A stretch of DNA of 59,674 bases, filler included. It is 5 parts of 5 records of this genome, joined end to end, with 100 filler letters (N's around TTAATTAATTAA, not from the genome) between each part and the next. Parts side by side here need not be neighbours in the genome. Positions count along the whole stretch, not along the records: positions 15,276 to 31,039 come from DRR723986_2933; positions 31,140 to 43,522 come from DRR723986_2937; 3 more parts are not named here. One strand, written 5' to 3'. The position numbers were made by a program, and so were the translations under genes. Below, one piece after another: positions 29,210 through 38,459 of the stretch. Below the pieces are notes generated by a model. The model was not told the origin of the DNA, searched no databases, and was given only the letters and a program-made list of their open reading frames with translations. Position 1 is the first letter of the stretch; every line of letters starts with the position of its first letter.

Positions 29210-30262
29210 GCCAGGCGCTGCACGCCCCGCAACCAGGGGCAAATCAAGATAGGTTTTGATGCCGGGCTCCGCCCGGCAAACGTAGGGTATCGAGCTGACG
29301 CAATGGTTTGCCGTAGCGACGATACCCGGATTGCGTTCCAGTCCCGCCGCGATCGATTCCGGGTGCCAACCGTGAAACACCACTTTTGAGTCGGGGTCAC
29401 CGCTGACCTCGACCTCGAACCGCTCTCCCTGATCACCGAAGCTCCACGGTGGATCCAGGTGCTCCTCTCCCATAAACCAGTTGACCCGCACGGTAATGAC
29501 AGCCTGCCCTGCAACAGTACGCTGCCAGGTGAAGCGCTGCGCGGCCACCTTGCCCGGCGCGATATCGCCGATCGGTGAGGGAATAGGCCGGGTTGCCACT
29601 GCCACCTCGTGTTGGGTGACCATCTGCTCGTCCAGGGCAAACCCCAGCTCCGCGCCGACCATCTCCATGGACTGGCCGAAGCCACCCCCGAGGAACTGCA
29701 CCATGGGACTGGCTGCGGCTTCTTCCGGACTTTTGCCGAACAGCATTATGTTACTGATCACATCCGGGGCGCCGTAAGTGCGGATATCGGAAAACTCCTC
29801 TGCCCGGACATGGGTTATCGCGGCGGACAAGGCCGAGACCATCAGCGGGAATTTCTCGGTAATGCCGCCGGGGTGAATCCCGGTCCCATGCAGGCTGCTT
29901 TGGCCCGTGGCGCAGGCCGCTTCGATGGCTGAGACATTGCGCTGGCCGGGATAGAACCAGTTCAGCGGCGTCACCACATTCTTACCGGCAGCGAGCATAC
30001 GGGCGACGAGGTCGGCATCAGGCATGATCGGCGCGTACAGCACACAGTCGGCGTCCAGCGCCAACAGCGCATCAACGTCCGTGGTAGCGGCAATCCCCAA
30101 CGGTTCGCCGCCACAGATCTCACCGACATCGCGGCCGTCTTTCTCGGCGCTGCTCACCCAGCAGCCGACAAGCTCAAGTTCGGGATGCGCAACCACGGCT
30201 TCTACTGCCGCCCGGCCAACGCCGCCGGTTGCCCATTGAATAACTCGGTAGGTCATCGACAC
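29195..30262 (-). CDS. Dihydrodipicolinate-reductase-like NAD(P)-dependent oxidoreductase (diaminopentanoate dehydrogenase-like fold)
   Basis: VIQWATGGVG, GRDVGE, GKNVVT, GTGIHPG. Confidence 0.75.
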   Translation of the reverse strand: MSMTYRVIQWATGGVGRAAVEAVVAHPELELVGCWVSSAEKDGRDVGEICGGEPLGIAATTDVDALLALDADCVLYAPIMPDADLVARMLAAGKNVVTPLNWFYPGQRNVSAIEAACATGQSSLHGTGIHPGGITEKFPLMVSALSAAITHVRAEEFSDIRTYGAPDVISNIMLFGKSPEEAAASPMVQFLGGGFGQSMEMVGAELGFALDEQMVTQHEVAVATRPIPSPIGDIAPGKVAAQRFTWQRTVAGQAVITVRVNWFMGEEHLDPPWSFGDQGERFEVEVSGDPDSKVVFHGWHPESIAAGLERNPGIVATANHCVSSIPYVCRAEPGIKTYLDLPLVAGRAAPGLGRE

Positions 30263-30274
30263 GCCCTCCCCCGG

Positions 30275-30802
30275 CTAGTTCTGGAACGCGGTCGGCAGGT
30301 GCTGCCAGGCCGCAGGCAAGTCGGTGGACCAGTCGGGCCGGGCCGGCGGCATATTGAACTCCGCCGGCGGCTGCCAGGCCATGGCCTTCAGCACCTCGCC
30401 GATATAGCGCATGTTGAGGTAGTCGTGGCTGTAGCAGAACAGGCCGTCACCGGCGTAATAGAGGATGGACAGTCCCGGCACGATCCACTGGCCGCCGTCT
30501 TCTTTCTCGCCGAGCACCTGATCCCAGTGACTGACCAGCCGATGCCCGTCCACCATGGTCCAGCGCTCGGGGGTTGACCAGCCGTAGCCGGTGAGCCCGG
30601 CCATGGACTGCACGAAGAAATCGCGGATAGTTTCACGACCTTCCTGCCGGCCCCAGGCAGGATCAAGGTACACCGCATCTTCGGTGAAGAAATCGGCGAG
30701 TCTGTCCCACCCCACTTCACCCAGATCCACCCGGTCGCGCTCGGCGACAAACCGGTGATAGGTGTCCTGGGCTTCCTGTTCAATCTGCGACTTCTGGCTC
30801 AT
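30275..30802 (-). CDS. SnoaL/NTF2-like protein
   Basis: FFTEDAVYLDPAWG..GRETIRDF and YAGDGLFC. Confidence 0.75.
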   Translation of the reverse strand: MSQKSQIEQEAQDTYHRFVAERDRVDLGEVGWDRLADFFTEDAVYLDPAWGRQEGRETIRDFFVQSMAGLTGYGWSTPERWTMVDGHRLVSHWDQVLGEKEDGGQWIVPGLSILYYAGDGLFCYSHDYLNMRYIGEVLKAMAWQPPAEFNMPPARPDWSTDLPAAWQHLPTAFQN

Positions 30803-30968
30803 TTTTATGCCTCTTGTTGTAGTCAGCGTCGGTGCGCCAGCATAGCAGGCAGCGCGAAGCCCTGCCCGCCTGCACCCGGTCCAGGCGCACTAACCGGGGC
30901 CGGCTCATTGTGCACCAGCAAAGAGCCAGCGCCAAAACCGACGACCCCGGCCCGCGGCCTTTTCGACA

Positions 30969-30997
30969 TGGACGCGGCGGGGCCGCTCAGGTATTAT
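30969..30997 (+). promoter_or_regulatory. Putative stable-RNA promoter
   Basis: TGGACG, 17-nt spacer, TATTAT, then a GC-rich discriminator just upstream of the tRNA fragment. Confidence 0.5.
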
Positions 30998-31011
30998 CGC
31001 CGACCTTGAAA

Positions 31012-31039
31012 CCGCCCGTAGCTCAGCTGGGCGGAGCCG
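31012..31039 (+). tRNA. 5' fragment of a tRNA gene (resembles tRNA-Arg), cut by contig end
   Basis: CCGCCCG-TA-GCTC-AGCTGG gives the acceptor 5' strand, U8A9 and D-arm. The anticodon is not visible and the last ~9 nt deviate from consensus. Confidence 0.55.
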
Positions 31040-31139
31040 NNNNNNNNNNNNNNNNNNNNNNNNNNNNNNNNNNNNNNNNNNNNTTAATTAATTAANNNNN
31101 NNNNNNNNNNNNNNNNNNNNNNNNNNNNNNNNNNNNNNN
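31040..31139. other. Artificial contig spacer
   Basis: 44 N + TTAATTAATTAA + 44 N. Confidence 0.99.
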
Positions 31140-31212
31140 GGAGCCGCCGGGTACCGCCCCCGGGTCCGAGCCGCTTATTACACGCGCGTTTATCGCCATA
31201 GTCCGAAGACCC
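31140..31212 (-). ncRNA. ssrA: Acceptor piece of alphaproteobacterial two-piece (permuted) tmRNA, truncated just before ACCA
   Basis: Minus strand reads GGGTCTTCGGACTATGGCGATAAACGCGCGTGTAATAAGCGGCTCGGACCCGGGGGCGGTACCCGGCGGCTCC. It has the T-arm CCGGG-GGCGGTA-CCCGG and the acceptor 3' strand CGGCTCC with U70. A TATATT -10 lies immediately upstream. Confidence 0.85.
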
Positions 31213-31270
31213 TATCAATATAGGGGCACAGCGCCGCCGATGAAAGGGGGGGGCATGAAGGTGGGGAAGG

Positions 31271-32962
31271 TCACTCCCGCGCGGCGGCGCTCGCGTCTCG
31301 CAGGCCCTTGAATTCCGACGTCGGTTTCAGGTCAGGCCATGCCGTGGAATTGGCGAGGTCTTCTGTCATGTCCAGGAACAGTTCCACGTCCTGCGCGGCG
31401 CCGCGCAGGTCCCAGTCCGTGTCCCAGGCGTCGTTCTGGTTGTGGTAGCGGTTGGCAATATAGTCCGCGACCCATTCGATCCCGGCTTCCCGGCCGCCGT
31501 CCACAAGGTCCGGGCCGCCAGCAATCCCCATGATCAGCAGCACCGGCACGCCGCGGCGAGCGAGCGAGAAATGGTCAGCCCGATAGAACAGGCCGTTCTC
31601 CGGCAGGCCTTCGGGAGACACCGTGCGGCCCTGTTTGGCCGCCGCTGCAGCCATCATCTCTTCAAGCTCGCTCTGGCCCTCGCCGACCTGGATGACGTCT
31701 TTTGCCGGACCCGCCGTTTGCAGGATGTCCAGAGTGAAATTGGCGACGGTTGTTTCCAGCGGATAGATCGGGTTCTGCGCATAGGCTTCCGAGCCGAGCA
31801 GGCCGCTCTCCTCGCCTGTCCAGGCAGCGAACACGACCGTTCGTTCCGGTGCGGGGCGGGCCTTCAGGTTACGGGCAATTTCCTTAATGCCCGCAAGGCC
31901 GAGCGCATCATCGTTGGCGCCGGGTCTGACGACGCGGCCCTGCGCATCCGGAATGCCGATGCCGTAGGCATCCCAGTGGCCGGAAAGCATGACGGTTTCG
32001 TCGGGCCGCTCGGTACCGGTGATCTTGCCGAGCACATTCTGGCTTTCGACCGTTTCCACAGACAGGCCCAGATCTGCATTGAAACGCAGGTCATCCAGGG
32101 TGAAGGCTTCGAAGTCGCGCTTGCGGGCGGCGGTTTTCAGCTCATCGAGGTCGTATCCGGCCTGCGTCAGCCATTGCCGGGCCATGTCCTCATGCAGCCA
32201 GCCGCGCAGGTCCAGCGCCGGTTTCGCCGGGCCTTTGCTGGCAACGGTATAATTCTCGCCCGGGGAAGAGGCCGCGACGTTCCAGCCATAGCCCGCGGGT
32301 TTGGTTTCATGGATCACGAAGGCGGCAACCGCGCCGCGGCGGGCGGCCTCCTCATATTTGTAGGCCCAGCGGCCATAATAGGTCATCCGGCGGCCACCGA
32401 AGACGCCGGCGACCGGGTCATCTTCTTCGACACCGAAATCCGGGTCGTTCACGAGGAAGAGGGCGACCTTTCCGGTCAGGTCCATGTCGCCATAATCGTC
32501 CCAGTCACGCTCCGGCGCGCTGGCGCCGAAGCCCACGAACACGATCGGCACATCCTTGATGGCGATGTCTTCGCGCGGATTGGGAGAGCTGATATTGATA
32601 TCCAGACCCTGCCTGAGCGGGATTGCGGTGTCGCCCTGGCTGACATTCAGTGTGCGAATATCGTTCACGACGGAGTGCTTCAGGGTCACTGGATCTGTCC
32701 ATTTCCCGTCCCGTCCGCCGGGCTCAAGGCCAAGATCCTTGAATCGCTCGATCAGGTAGGCGACGGTCTTCGTCTCGCCTTCGGTGCCGGGCGCGCGGCC
32801 CATGAATTCGTCGGAAGCGAGCACCTTTACCGTCTCGGACATGTTTTCAGTGCTGATCGAAGGCGCACTCTCGGCGCTGTTGGCGCTTCCGGTGTCCGGG
32901 GCAGGCGTGCAGGCCGCCAGCATCAGGGTTGCACTTGCGGATGCCAAAATCGCTCTGATCAT
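31271..32962 (-). CDS. M28-family metallopeptidase (lipoprotein, PA domain)
   Basis: Lipobox LAAC, LASDEFMGRAPG, YYGRWAYK, GHWD, GANDDA, GEESGLLGS, YRADHF, RYH. Confidence 0.92.
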   Translation of the reverse strand: MIRAILASASATLMLAACTPAPDTGSANSAESAPSISTENMSETVKVLASDEFMGRAPGTEGETKTVAYLIERFKDLGLEPGGRDGKWTDPVTLKHSVVNDIRTLNVSQGDTAIPLRQGLDINISSPNPREDIAIKDVPIVFVGFGASAPERDWDDYGDMDLTGKVALFLVNDPDFGVEEDDPVAGVFGGRRMTYYGRWAYKYEEAARRGAVAAFVIHETKPAGYGWNVAASSPGENYTVASKGPAKPALDLRGWLHEDMARQWLTQAGYDLDELKTAARKRDFEAFTLDDLRFNADLGLSVETVESQNVLGKITGTERPDETVMLSGHWDAYGIGIPDAQGRVVRPGANDDALGLAGIKEIARNLKARPAPERTVVFAAWTGEESGLLGSEAYAQNPIYPLETTVANFTLDILQTAGPAKDVIQVGEGQSELEEMMAAAAAKQGRTVSPEGLPENGLFYRADHFSLARRGVPVLLIMGIAGGPDLVDGGREAGIEWVADYIANRYHNQNDAWDTDWDLRGAAQDVELFLDMTEDLANSTAWPDLKPTSEFKGLRDASAAARE

Positions 32963-33022
32963 TTGCGCTACTCTTGAGGGTTTGCTTGGCTGGTCATCCA
33001 GCCGATGGGTAAGGAGAGGGGG

Positions 33023-33343
33023 TTAGTAAAGCACGTCGCTTTCGCCGCTTTCGCCGAAGCCGTCGGCGATGAGGCTGGCGATGGCGGTGACGGCTTCGGC
33101 CGCGTCGGGGCCTGTGGCGGCGAGTTCCACTTCGCAGCCTTGCGCAGCGACCAGCATCAACAGGTCCATGATCGAGCGGGCATCCGCCTCCTGGCCTTCA
33201 TGACTGACAACCACCCTGGACTCGTATTCGTTCGCGAGCTTGGAGAGTTTGGCCGAGGCGCGTGCGTGCAGGCCCTTGCGGTTCACGATGGTCACGCTTT
33301 GGCGGGCTTCGGTCACGGCGTTCTGCACGGGGCTCCGGGTCAA
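33023..33343 (-). CDS. ptsH: HPr/NPr phosphocarrier protein
   Basis: GLHARAS (phospho-His) and DARSIM (regulatory Ser). Start uncertain. Confidence 0.9.
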   Translation of the reverse strand: MTRSPVQNAVTEARQSVTIVNRKGLHARASAKLSKLANEYESRVVVSHEGQEADARSIMDLLMLVAAQGCEVELAATGPDAAEAVTAIASLIADGFGESGESDVLY

Positions 33344-33744
33344 TTGGATTTGGCGAGGAGTTCGGAGGCGATATTGATATAGCGCCGGCCTGCGTCGGCA
33401 GCCGTCTGGGCCGCTTCAGCGAGGGAAAGCTCGTCGCGCACTTCAGCCAGCTTGATCAGCATGGGCAGGTTCACGCCCGAAATCACTTCGATATTGCCGG
33501 ATCCCATGATCGACATGGCGAGGTTCGATGGCGTTCCGCCGAACATGTCGGTGAGGATGATCACTCCCAGGCCGACATCACAGGCCTTTGCCGTGTCGCG
33601 GATCTGTTCGCGCCGGGCCTCGATATCGTCTTCGGCTTCGATGGATATCGACTTGAATCGCATCTGCTCGCCGACGACATGTTCTGTCGCGGCGACGAGT
33701 TCCTTCGAGAGTTTGCCGTGGCTGACGACGACGATGCCGATCAT
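33340..33744 (-). CDS. PTS mannose/fructose-family EIIA component
   Basis: IVVVSHG, LTDMFGGTPSN, GVNLPMLI. Confidence 0.92.
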   Translation of the reverse strand: MIGIVVVSHGKLSKELVAATEHVVGEQMRFKSISIEAEDDIEARREQIRDTAKACDVGLGVIILTDMFGGTPSNLAMSIMGSGNIEVISGVNLPMLIKLAEVRDELSLAEAAQTAADAGRRYINIASELLAKSN

Positions 33745-33836
33745 GCCGCCCCTTTCAGGTTACGTGACGAATTTGTCATGCTGCCATGGCGAGTATGGCC
33801 GTCAACCCGGATTCAGCTGTGCGGTGTGTCGCTTTC

Positions 33837-34673
33837 TCAGGCGCCGTTGCCTGAAAGCCCCAGCACATCGTCCATGCTGTAGAGGCCGGGTTTCTGGTTA
33901 ATCGCCCAGAACGCTGCTTTCAGCGCACCTTCTGCGAACATCGAGCGGTCCAGCGATGTGTGGCTGAGGGTAACGATTTCCGTGTCCGAGCCGAAGCTGA
34001 CCGAATGCTCGCCGATCACCCCGCCCATGCGGCGGACGGAAAAGCCGATCTTGCCGGGCTCCCGGGCCGCGTCCGGCCCGTCATAGGGGCCTGTGCGCAG
34101 CTGATCCAGCGTGCCGCCGCGGCCTTCAGCGGCGGCTTCGCCCAGCATCAGGGCCGTGCCGGAAGGGGCGTCCACCTTCTTGTTGTGGTGGGTCTCCAGC
34201 ACTTCGATATCCCAGTCCGGGCCGAGGCTGGCCGCCGCGCGGCGGATCAGCGTTTCCAGCAGCTTGATGCCGAGCGCGAAGCTGCCGGATTTCACGATGG
34301 CGAGGTCGCCCGCAGCTGCCTCAAGTGCCTTTTCCTCGGCGGGCGAAAAGCCTGTCGTGCCAATAATTGCAACACGTACAGGCGTATGTTTCAGCGCTTC
34401 CAGCGCCGCGATCGTGGCGGCGGGGCGGGTGAAATCGAACCAGACATCCGCCTTGGCGGCGGCGGCAACAGGGTCAGACGACGGCCTCACGCCGAGGTTC
34501 GGGATACCGGCCAGCTCGCCGATATCGGTGTCCAGATGCGGCGATCCGGCGACCTCGGTGCCGCCCGCAACCGTCAGCCCGTGGCGGTGGGAGACGGCGG
34601 CCAGCTGGCGGCCCATGCGGCCGGCAACGCCTGCAATGGCGACGGCGAAGGATTCGGAAGTCTGGTCTGTCAT
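33837..34673 (-). CDS. dapB: 4-hydroxy-tetrahydrodipicolinate reductase
   Basis: GVAGRMG, DFTRP, IGTTG, ETHHNKKVDAPSGTA. Confidence 0.95.
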   Translation of the reverse strand: MTDQTSESFAVAIAGVAGRMGRQLAAVSHRHGLTVAGGTEVAGSPHLDTDIGELAGIPNLGVRPSSDPVAAAAKADVWFDFTRPAATIAALEALKHTPVRVAIIGTTGFSPAEEKALEAAAGDLAIVKSGSFALGIKLLETLIRRAAASLGPDWDIEVLETHHNKKVDAPSGTALMLGEAAAEGRGGTLDQLRTGPYDGPDAAREPGKIGFSVRRMGGVIGEHSVSFGSDTEIVTLSHTSLDRSMFAEGALKAAFWAINQKPGLYSMDDVLGLSGNGA

Positions 34674-34853
34674 GGCGCCCTTATAGCTGCGTTTCAGCCA
34701 AGGGAAACGGGTATGCGTATTTGACGAGAGCGCGCCCTTGCGCAGGGGAGGTGAAACTGAAATCTTGCGGCCTTCAGATTCCCCGGTTCCACAATAACAA
34801 ACTCGATATATGGACCATTTATACACGATTTATAGCCCGAGGAGATTCCCGCT

Positions 34854-35960
34854 ATGAAAACCCGCGCCGCCGTCGCCTTCGAAGCCAAGAAACCGCTCGA
34901 AATTGTCGAACTGGATCTGGAAGGCCCGAAGGCCGGCGAGGTGCTGGTCGAGATCATGGCCACCGGCATCTGCCACACGGATGCCTACACGCTGGATGGG
35001 CTCGATTCCGAAGGCATCTTCCCGAGCGTGCTCGGCCATGAAGGCGCGGGCATCGTGCGCGAGGTCGGCGCGGGCGTCACCAGCGTGAAGCCGGGCGACC
35101 ATGTCATCCCGCTCTACACGCCGGAATGCCGCCAGTGCAAAAGCTGCCTCTCGGGCAAAACCAACCTCTGCACCGCGATCCGCGCCACCCAGGGCAAGGG
35201 CCTGATGCCGGACGGCACCAGCCGGTTCAGCTACAAGGGCCAGACGATCTATCATTACATGGGCTGCTCGACCTTCTCGAACTTCACCGTGCTGCCGGAA
35301 ATCGCGGTCGCGAAAATCCGCGAGGACGCCCCATTTGATAAAGCCTGCTATGTTGGCTGCGGCGTGACGACCGGCGTCGGCGCCGTCGTCAATACGGCGA
35401 AGGTTCAGGTCGGCGACAATGTCGTCGTGTTCGGCCTTGGCGGCATCGGCCTCAACGTGATCCAGGGCGCCAAGATGGCCGGCGCGGACAAGATCGTCGG
35501 CGTCGACATCAACGACTCCAAGAAGGAATGGGGCGAGAAATTCGGCATGACGCATTTCGTCAATCCGAAGAACACCGCCGATGTGGTTGCCCACCTTGTG
35601 GAGCTGACCGATGGCGGCGCGGACTATTCCTTTGACTGCACCGGCAATACGGACGTCATGCGCCAGGCGCTGGAATGCTGCCATCGCGGCTGGGGCACCT
35701 CGATCATCATCGGCGTGGCCGAAGCCGGCAAGGAAATCAGCACTCGGCCTTTCCAGCTGGTCACGGGCCGCAACTGGCGCGGCACGGCCTTTGGCGGCGC
35801 CAAGGGCCGGACAGATGTGCCGAAGATCGTCGATTGGTACATGAACGGCAAGATCCAGATCGACCCGATGATCACGCACGTCATGAAGCTCGACAAGATC
35901 AACGACGCCTTCGACCTGATGCATGCAGGCGAGAGCATCCGCAGCGTGGTGGTTTACTGA
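34854..35960 (+). CDS. frmA: S-(hydroxymethyl)glutathione dehydrogenase / class III alcohol dehydrogenase
   Basis: GICHTD, GHEGAG, structural Zn cysteines CRQCKSC...[17 protein letters not shown]. Confidence 0.97.
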   Translation: MKTRAAVAFEAKKPLEIVELDLEGPKAGEVLVEIMATGICHTDAYTLDGLDSEGIFPSVLGHEGAGIVREVGAGVTSVKPGDHVIPLYTPECRQCKSCLSGKTNLCTAIRATQGKGLMPDGTSRFSYKGQTIYHYMGCSTFSNFTVLPEIAVAKIREDAPFDKACYVGCGVTTGVGAVVNTAKVQVGDNVVVFGLGGIGLNVIQGAKMAGADKIVGVDINDSKKEWGEKFGMTHFVNPKNTADVVAHLVELTDGGADYSFDCTGNTDVMRQALECCHRGWGTSIIIGVAEAGKEISTRPFQLVTGRNWRGTAFGGAKGRTDVPKIVDWYMNGKIQIDPMITHVMKLDKINDAFDLMHAGESIRSVVVY

Positions 35961-36457
35961 TGCGGGGCCGCGGCATGCGCCATTATCTTGTCGCGGCGGT
36001 GCTGGGGCTGGCTTTGTTCTCGGCAGGGGGCTTCACGCAGGCGGAAGAGGCGCCAGAGGCGAAGCTCTACCTGTCGGACACATATAACGAGGCCGCTGAC
36101 CCGGCTGCGGATGTCCAGCGGGCGATCGAAGAGGCCGATGGCCGGCGCATCCTGCTGGAAGTCGGCGGGGACTGGTGCGTCTGGTGCAAGATCCTCGACA
36201 AGTATCTGGAAGACAATGCCGATGTCCGCGAGGCTTTCGGCGAGAGCTTCATGATCGTGAAGGTCAATTTCAGTCGGGAACATCCGAACACGGATTTCCT
36301 GGGCGTCTTTCCTGAGGCCGAAGGTTATCCGCATTTCTATGTGCTGGACTCTGACGGCGGTTTTCTTGCCTCGCAGGGGACAGCCGAGCTGGAAGAAGGC
36401 AAGGGATACAATCGTACGCGCATGCTGGAATTTGCAGAGCGCTGGCGCAAGAACTGA
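35960..36457 (+). CDS. Periplasmic thioredoxin-family protein
   Basis: Signal peptide, GGDWCVWC and GYPHF (cis-Pro). The start is 35960 (TGATG overlap) or 35975. Confidence 0.82.
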   Translation: MRGRGMRHYLVAAVLGLALFSAGGFTQAEEAPEAKLYLSDTYNEAADPAADVQRAIEEADGRRILLEVGGDWCVWCKILDKYLEDNADVREAFGESFMIVKVNFSREHPNTDFLGVFPEAEGYPHFYVLDSDGGFLASQGTAELEEGKGYNRTRMLEFAERWRKN

Positions 36458-36479
36458 ACCGGTTTGGAAGGAAACTCAG

Positions 36480-37010
36480 ATGGGCATCGTCAAACGCAAT
36501 CTCGAAATTTACCGTACACGTCTTGTGTCGCTGCAGAACATGCTCGGCCGGGCGGAAGCGGAGCTGTTGCCGGACGATCCGGAGAAAAAAGCGCTGCTGA
36601 CGGCGCGGCTGGCGGACGACATGCTGCCGCTGCCGAACCAGGTCTGGTTCACCTGCCGTCAGGCGGAGCTGCTGCTGGGCAAGCTGAACGGGGCGCCGGT
36701 GAAGGAATTCCAAAGCGACAAGGCGAGTTTTGCAGACCTGAAGGCGCTCGTCGCCGAGACGATTTCCCGGATCGAGGCGCAAACCGACACCAAGGAAGGT
36801 TTCGCCGAAGGGAAGACGACCCTGGAGCTCCCCGGCTTTCCGACACTTTCCATCTCCGGGCAGGACTATATCGACGAGTGGCTGACGCCGAATTTCTACT
36901 TCCACTTTGTCACGGCCTACGACATCCTGCGGGCAGAAGGTCTGGCCATCGGCAAGGCCGACTATATGAGCCACCTCCGCCCGCTGCTCGCGGCGGCTGC
37001 CGCTGGCTGA
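36480..37010 (+). CDS. DUF1993 (DinB-like) protein
   Basis: ARLADDMLPL..QV and PNFYFH.VTAYDILR..G.AIGKADY. Confidence 0.85.
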   Translation: MGIVKRNLEIYRTRLVSLQNMLGRAEAELLPDDPEKKALLTARLADDMLPLPNQVWFTCRQAELLLGKLNGAPVKEFQSDKASFADLKALVAETISRIEAQTDTKEGFAEGKTTLELPGFPTLSISGQDYIDEWLTPNFYFHFVTAYDILRAEGLAIGKADYMSHLRPLLAAAAAG

Positions 37011-37112
37011 TCACAAAATACCAGGCTGACGCAGCGAGAGGCGGGAATTCCTCTGGCGCCGCACGTGCGGCTGGGGCACACATGCGGCACCAATCAAGGA
37101 GGAAGAACACGC

Positions 37113-37490
37113 ATGTTCAGTCACGTCATGGTCGGCACGAACGACCTTGAAAAAGCCAAGGCGTTTTACGACGCCCTGTTCACGTCCATTGGCGGCAAGG
37201 AAGCGATCACCGATCCGAAAGGCCGGCTGATCTACCTGCACAATGGCGGCACCTTCCTGGTGACCCCGCCGATCGATGGCCAGCCGGCCACGCACGCCAA
37301 TGGCGGTACGATCGGTTTCGCCGCCGAGAATCCGGAACAGGCTGATGCCTGGCACGCGGCCGGCGTTGCGGCGGGTGGCACGCCGATCGAGGACCCGCCG
37401 GGCTGGCGTGAAGGCGGCGGCATGAAGCTCTACCTCGCTTATCTGCGCGATCCGGACGGAAACAAGATCTGCGCGATGTGCCGCGGATAA
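37113..37490 (+). CDS. VOC/glyoxalase-family protein
   Basis: FSHVMVGTNDL, NGGTIGF, YLRDPDGNKIC. Confidence 0.9.
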   Translation: MFSHVMVGTNDLEKAKAFYDALFTSIGGKEAITDPKGRLIYLHNGGTFLVTPPIDGQPATHANGGTIGFAAENPEQADAWHAAGVAAGGTPIEDPPGWREGGGMKLYLAYLRDPDGNKICAMCRG

Positions 37491-37504
37491 AGGCAAACAC
37501 ACGG

Positions 37505-37536
37505 ACCGCCCCTCCCAAATCAGGAGGGGCGGTTTC
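37505..37536 (+). terminator. Rho-independent terminator-like hairpin ending the frmA operon
   Basis: ACCGCCCCTCC-CAAATCA-GGAGGGGCGGT followed by TTC. Confidence 0.65.
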
Positions 37537-37619
37537 GCATTCAGGCGACCTTATGTAGTCTGTTGCTCTGACAGACGCCGATTATGCCCCGGCACAGGGG
37601 CTGGAGGGAGGCGACCGAG

Positions 37620-37937
37620 ATGACCGATTTTACCCACTACACTTTGCTGGCCGACGGAGAGGTGTTCTCGCCGAATGCGGATTACGACACCGAGTGCGGG
37701 CGATATATCATGGCCATGAAAGTCTGGGCGAAAGATCCGGACCAGGCGGCTGACATGATTGTCGCCATCGGACAGCGCCTCGGCTTCAAGCCCGACGGCG
37801 AGCTGCAGGTTTTCGTGACCGACCCCGAAGAACCCGCCGACGACGAACCCTTCGGCTATGATATTCAGTTCACGTCCTATTCGCAGGACGAGGAAGATGA
37901 GGCGGGCGAGGAAGAGCGCCCCAGATGGATCCACTGA
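37620..37937 (+). CDS. Small acidic hypothetical protein
   Basis: GGAGG RBS before ATG 37620 and a D/E-rich C-terminus. No family recognised. Confidence 0.6.
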   Translation: MTDFTHYTLLADGEVFSPNADYDTECGRYIMAMKVWAKDPDQAADMIVAIGQRLGFKPDGELQVFVTDPEEPADDEPFGYDIQFTSYSQDEEDEAGEEERPRWIH

Positions 37938-37954
37938 CAACAGGAAAGATTTGC

Positions 37955-38446
37955 ATGAAACGCATGTTCAGGATGAGCGGCGTTGCCGCGCTGGTGATGG
38001 CCATGACGGGCCTCGGCGGCTGTGTCATCGCCGATGTGGAAGGCGTTGAGGCGATGTACAAGCCGGACGTCGAATATTATTCCACCCCGACCGTGGCCGG
38101 GATGGATTTGCCGTTCTCGAAAGCTGTGCGCGTGGGTGATACGATCTACCTGTCCGGAGAGCTGGGCATCGATCCGGCAACGAACACCTTCCCGCCGGGC
38201 GGCACGGGCGCGCAGACAACGCAGATCTTCAAGAATATCGAAGCCACGCTGGATGAATTCGATGCGGATCTGTCGGACATCGTCAAATGCAGCGTCTTCC
38301 TGGGCGACATGCAGAATTATGGCGAAATGAATGCCGCCTATGACGCGGCGCTGCCGGATCCGAAGCCGGCCCGCTCCACCTTCGGGGCAGGCGGCCTGGC
38401 GCTGGGCGCGGAACTCGAAATCGAGTGCCTCGCCATCCGCCCGTAA
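37955..38446 (+). CDS. RidA/YjgF-family protein with N-terminal lipoprotein-type signal
   Basis: PFSKAVRVGDTIYLSGELG, MNAAY, KPARS (catalytic Arg), LEIECLA. Signal MKRMFR...LGGC. Confidence 0.85.
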   Translation: MKRMFRMSGVAALVMAMTGLGGCVIADVEGVEAMYKPDVEYYSTPTVAGMDLPFSKAVRVGDTIYLSGELGIDPATNTFPPGGTGAQTTQIFKNIEATLDEFDADLSDIVKCSVFLGDMQNYGEMNAAYDAALPDPKPARSTFGAGGLALGAELEIECLAIRP

Positions 38447-38459
38447 AGGACTGGCCACA

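Noticed and set aside
31031..31147. GGAGCCG at both the end of contig B and the start of contig C, suggesting a real join
   Set aside because: Only 7 nt in GC-rich DNA, and the contigs appear to come from different proteobacterial classes.
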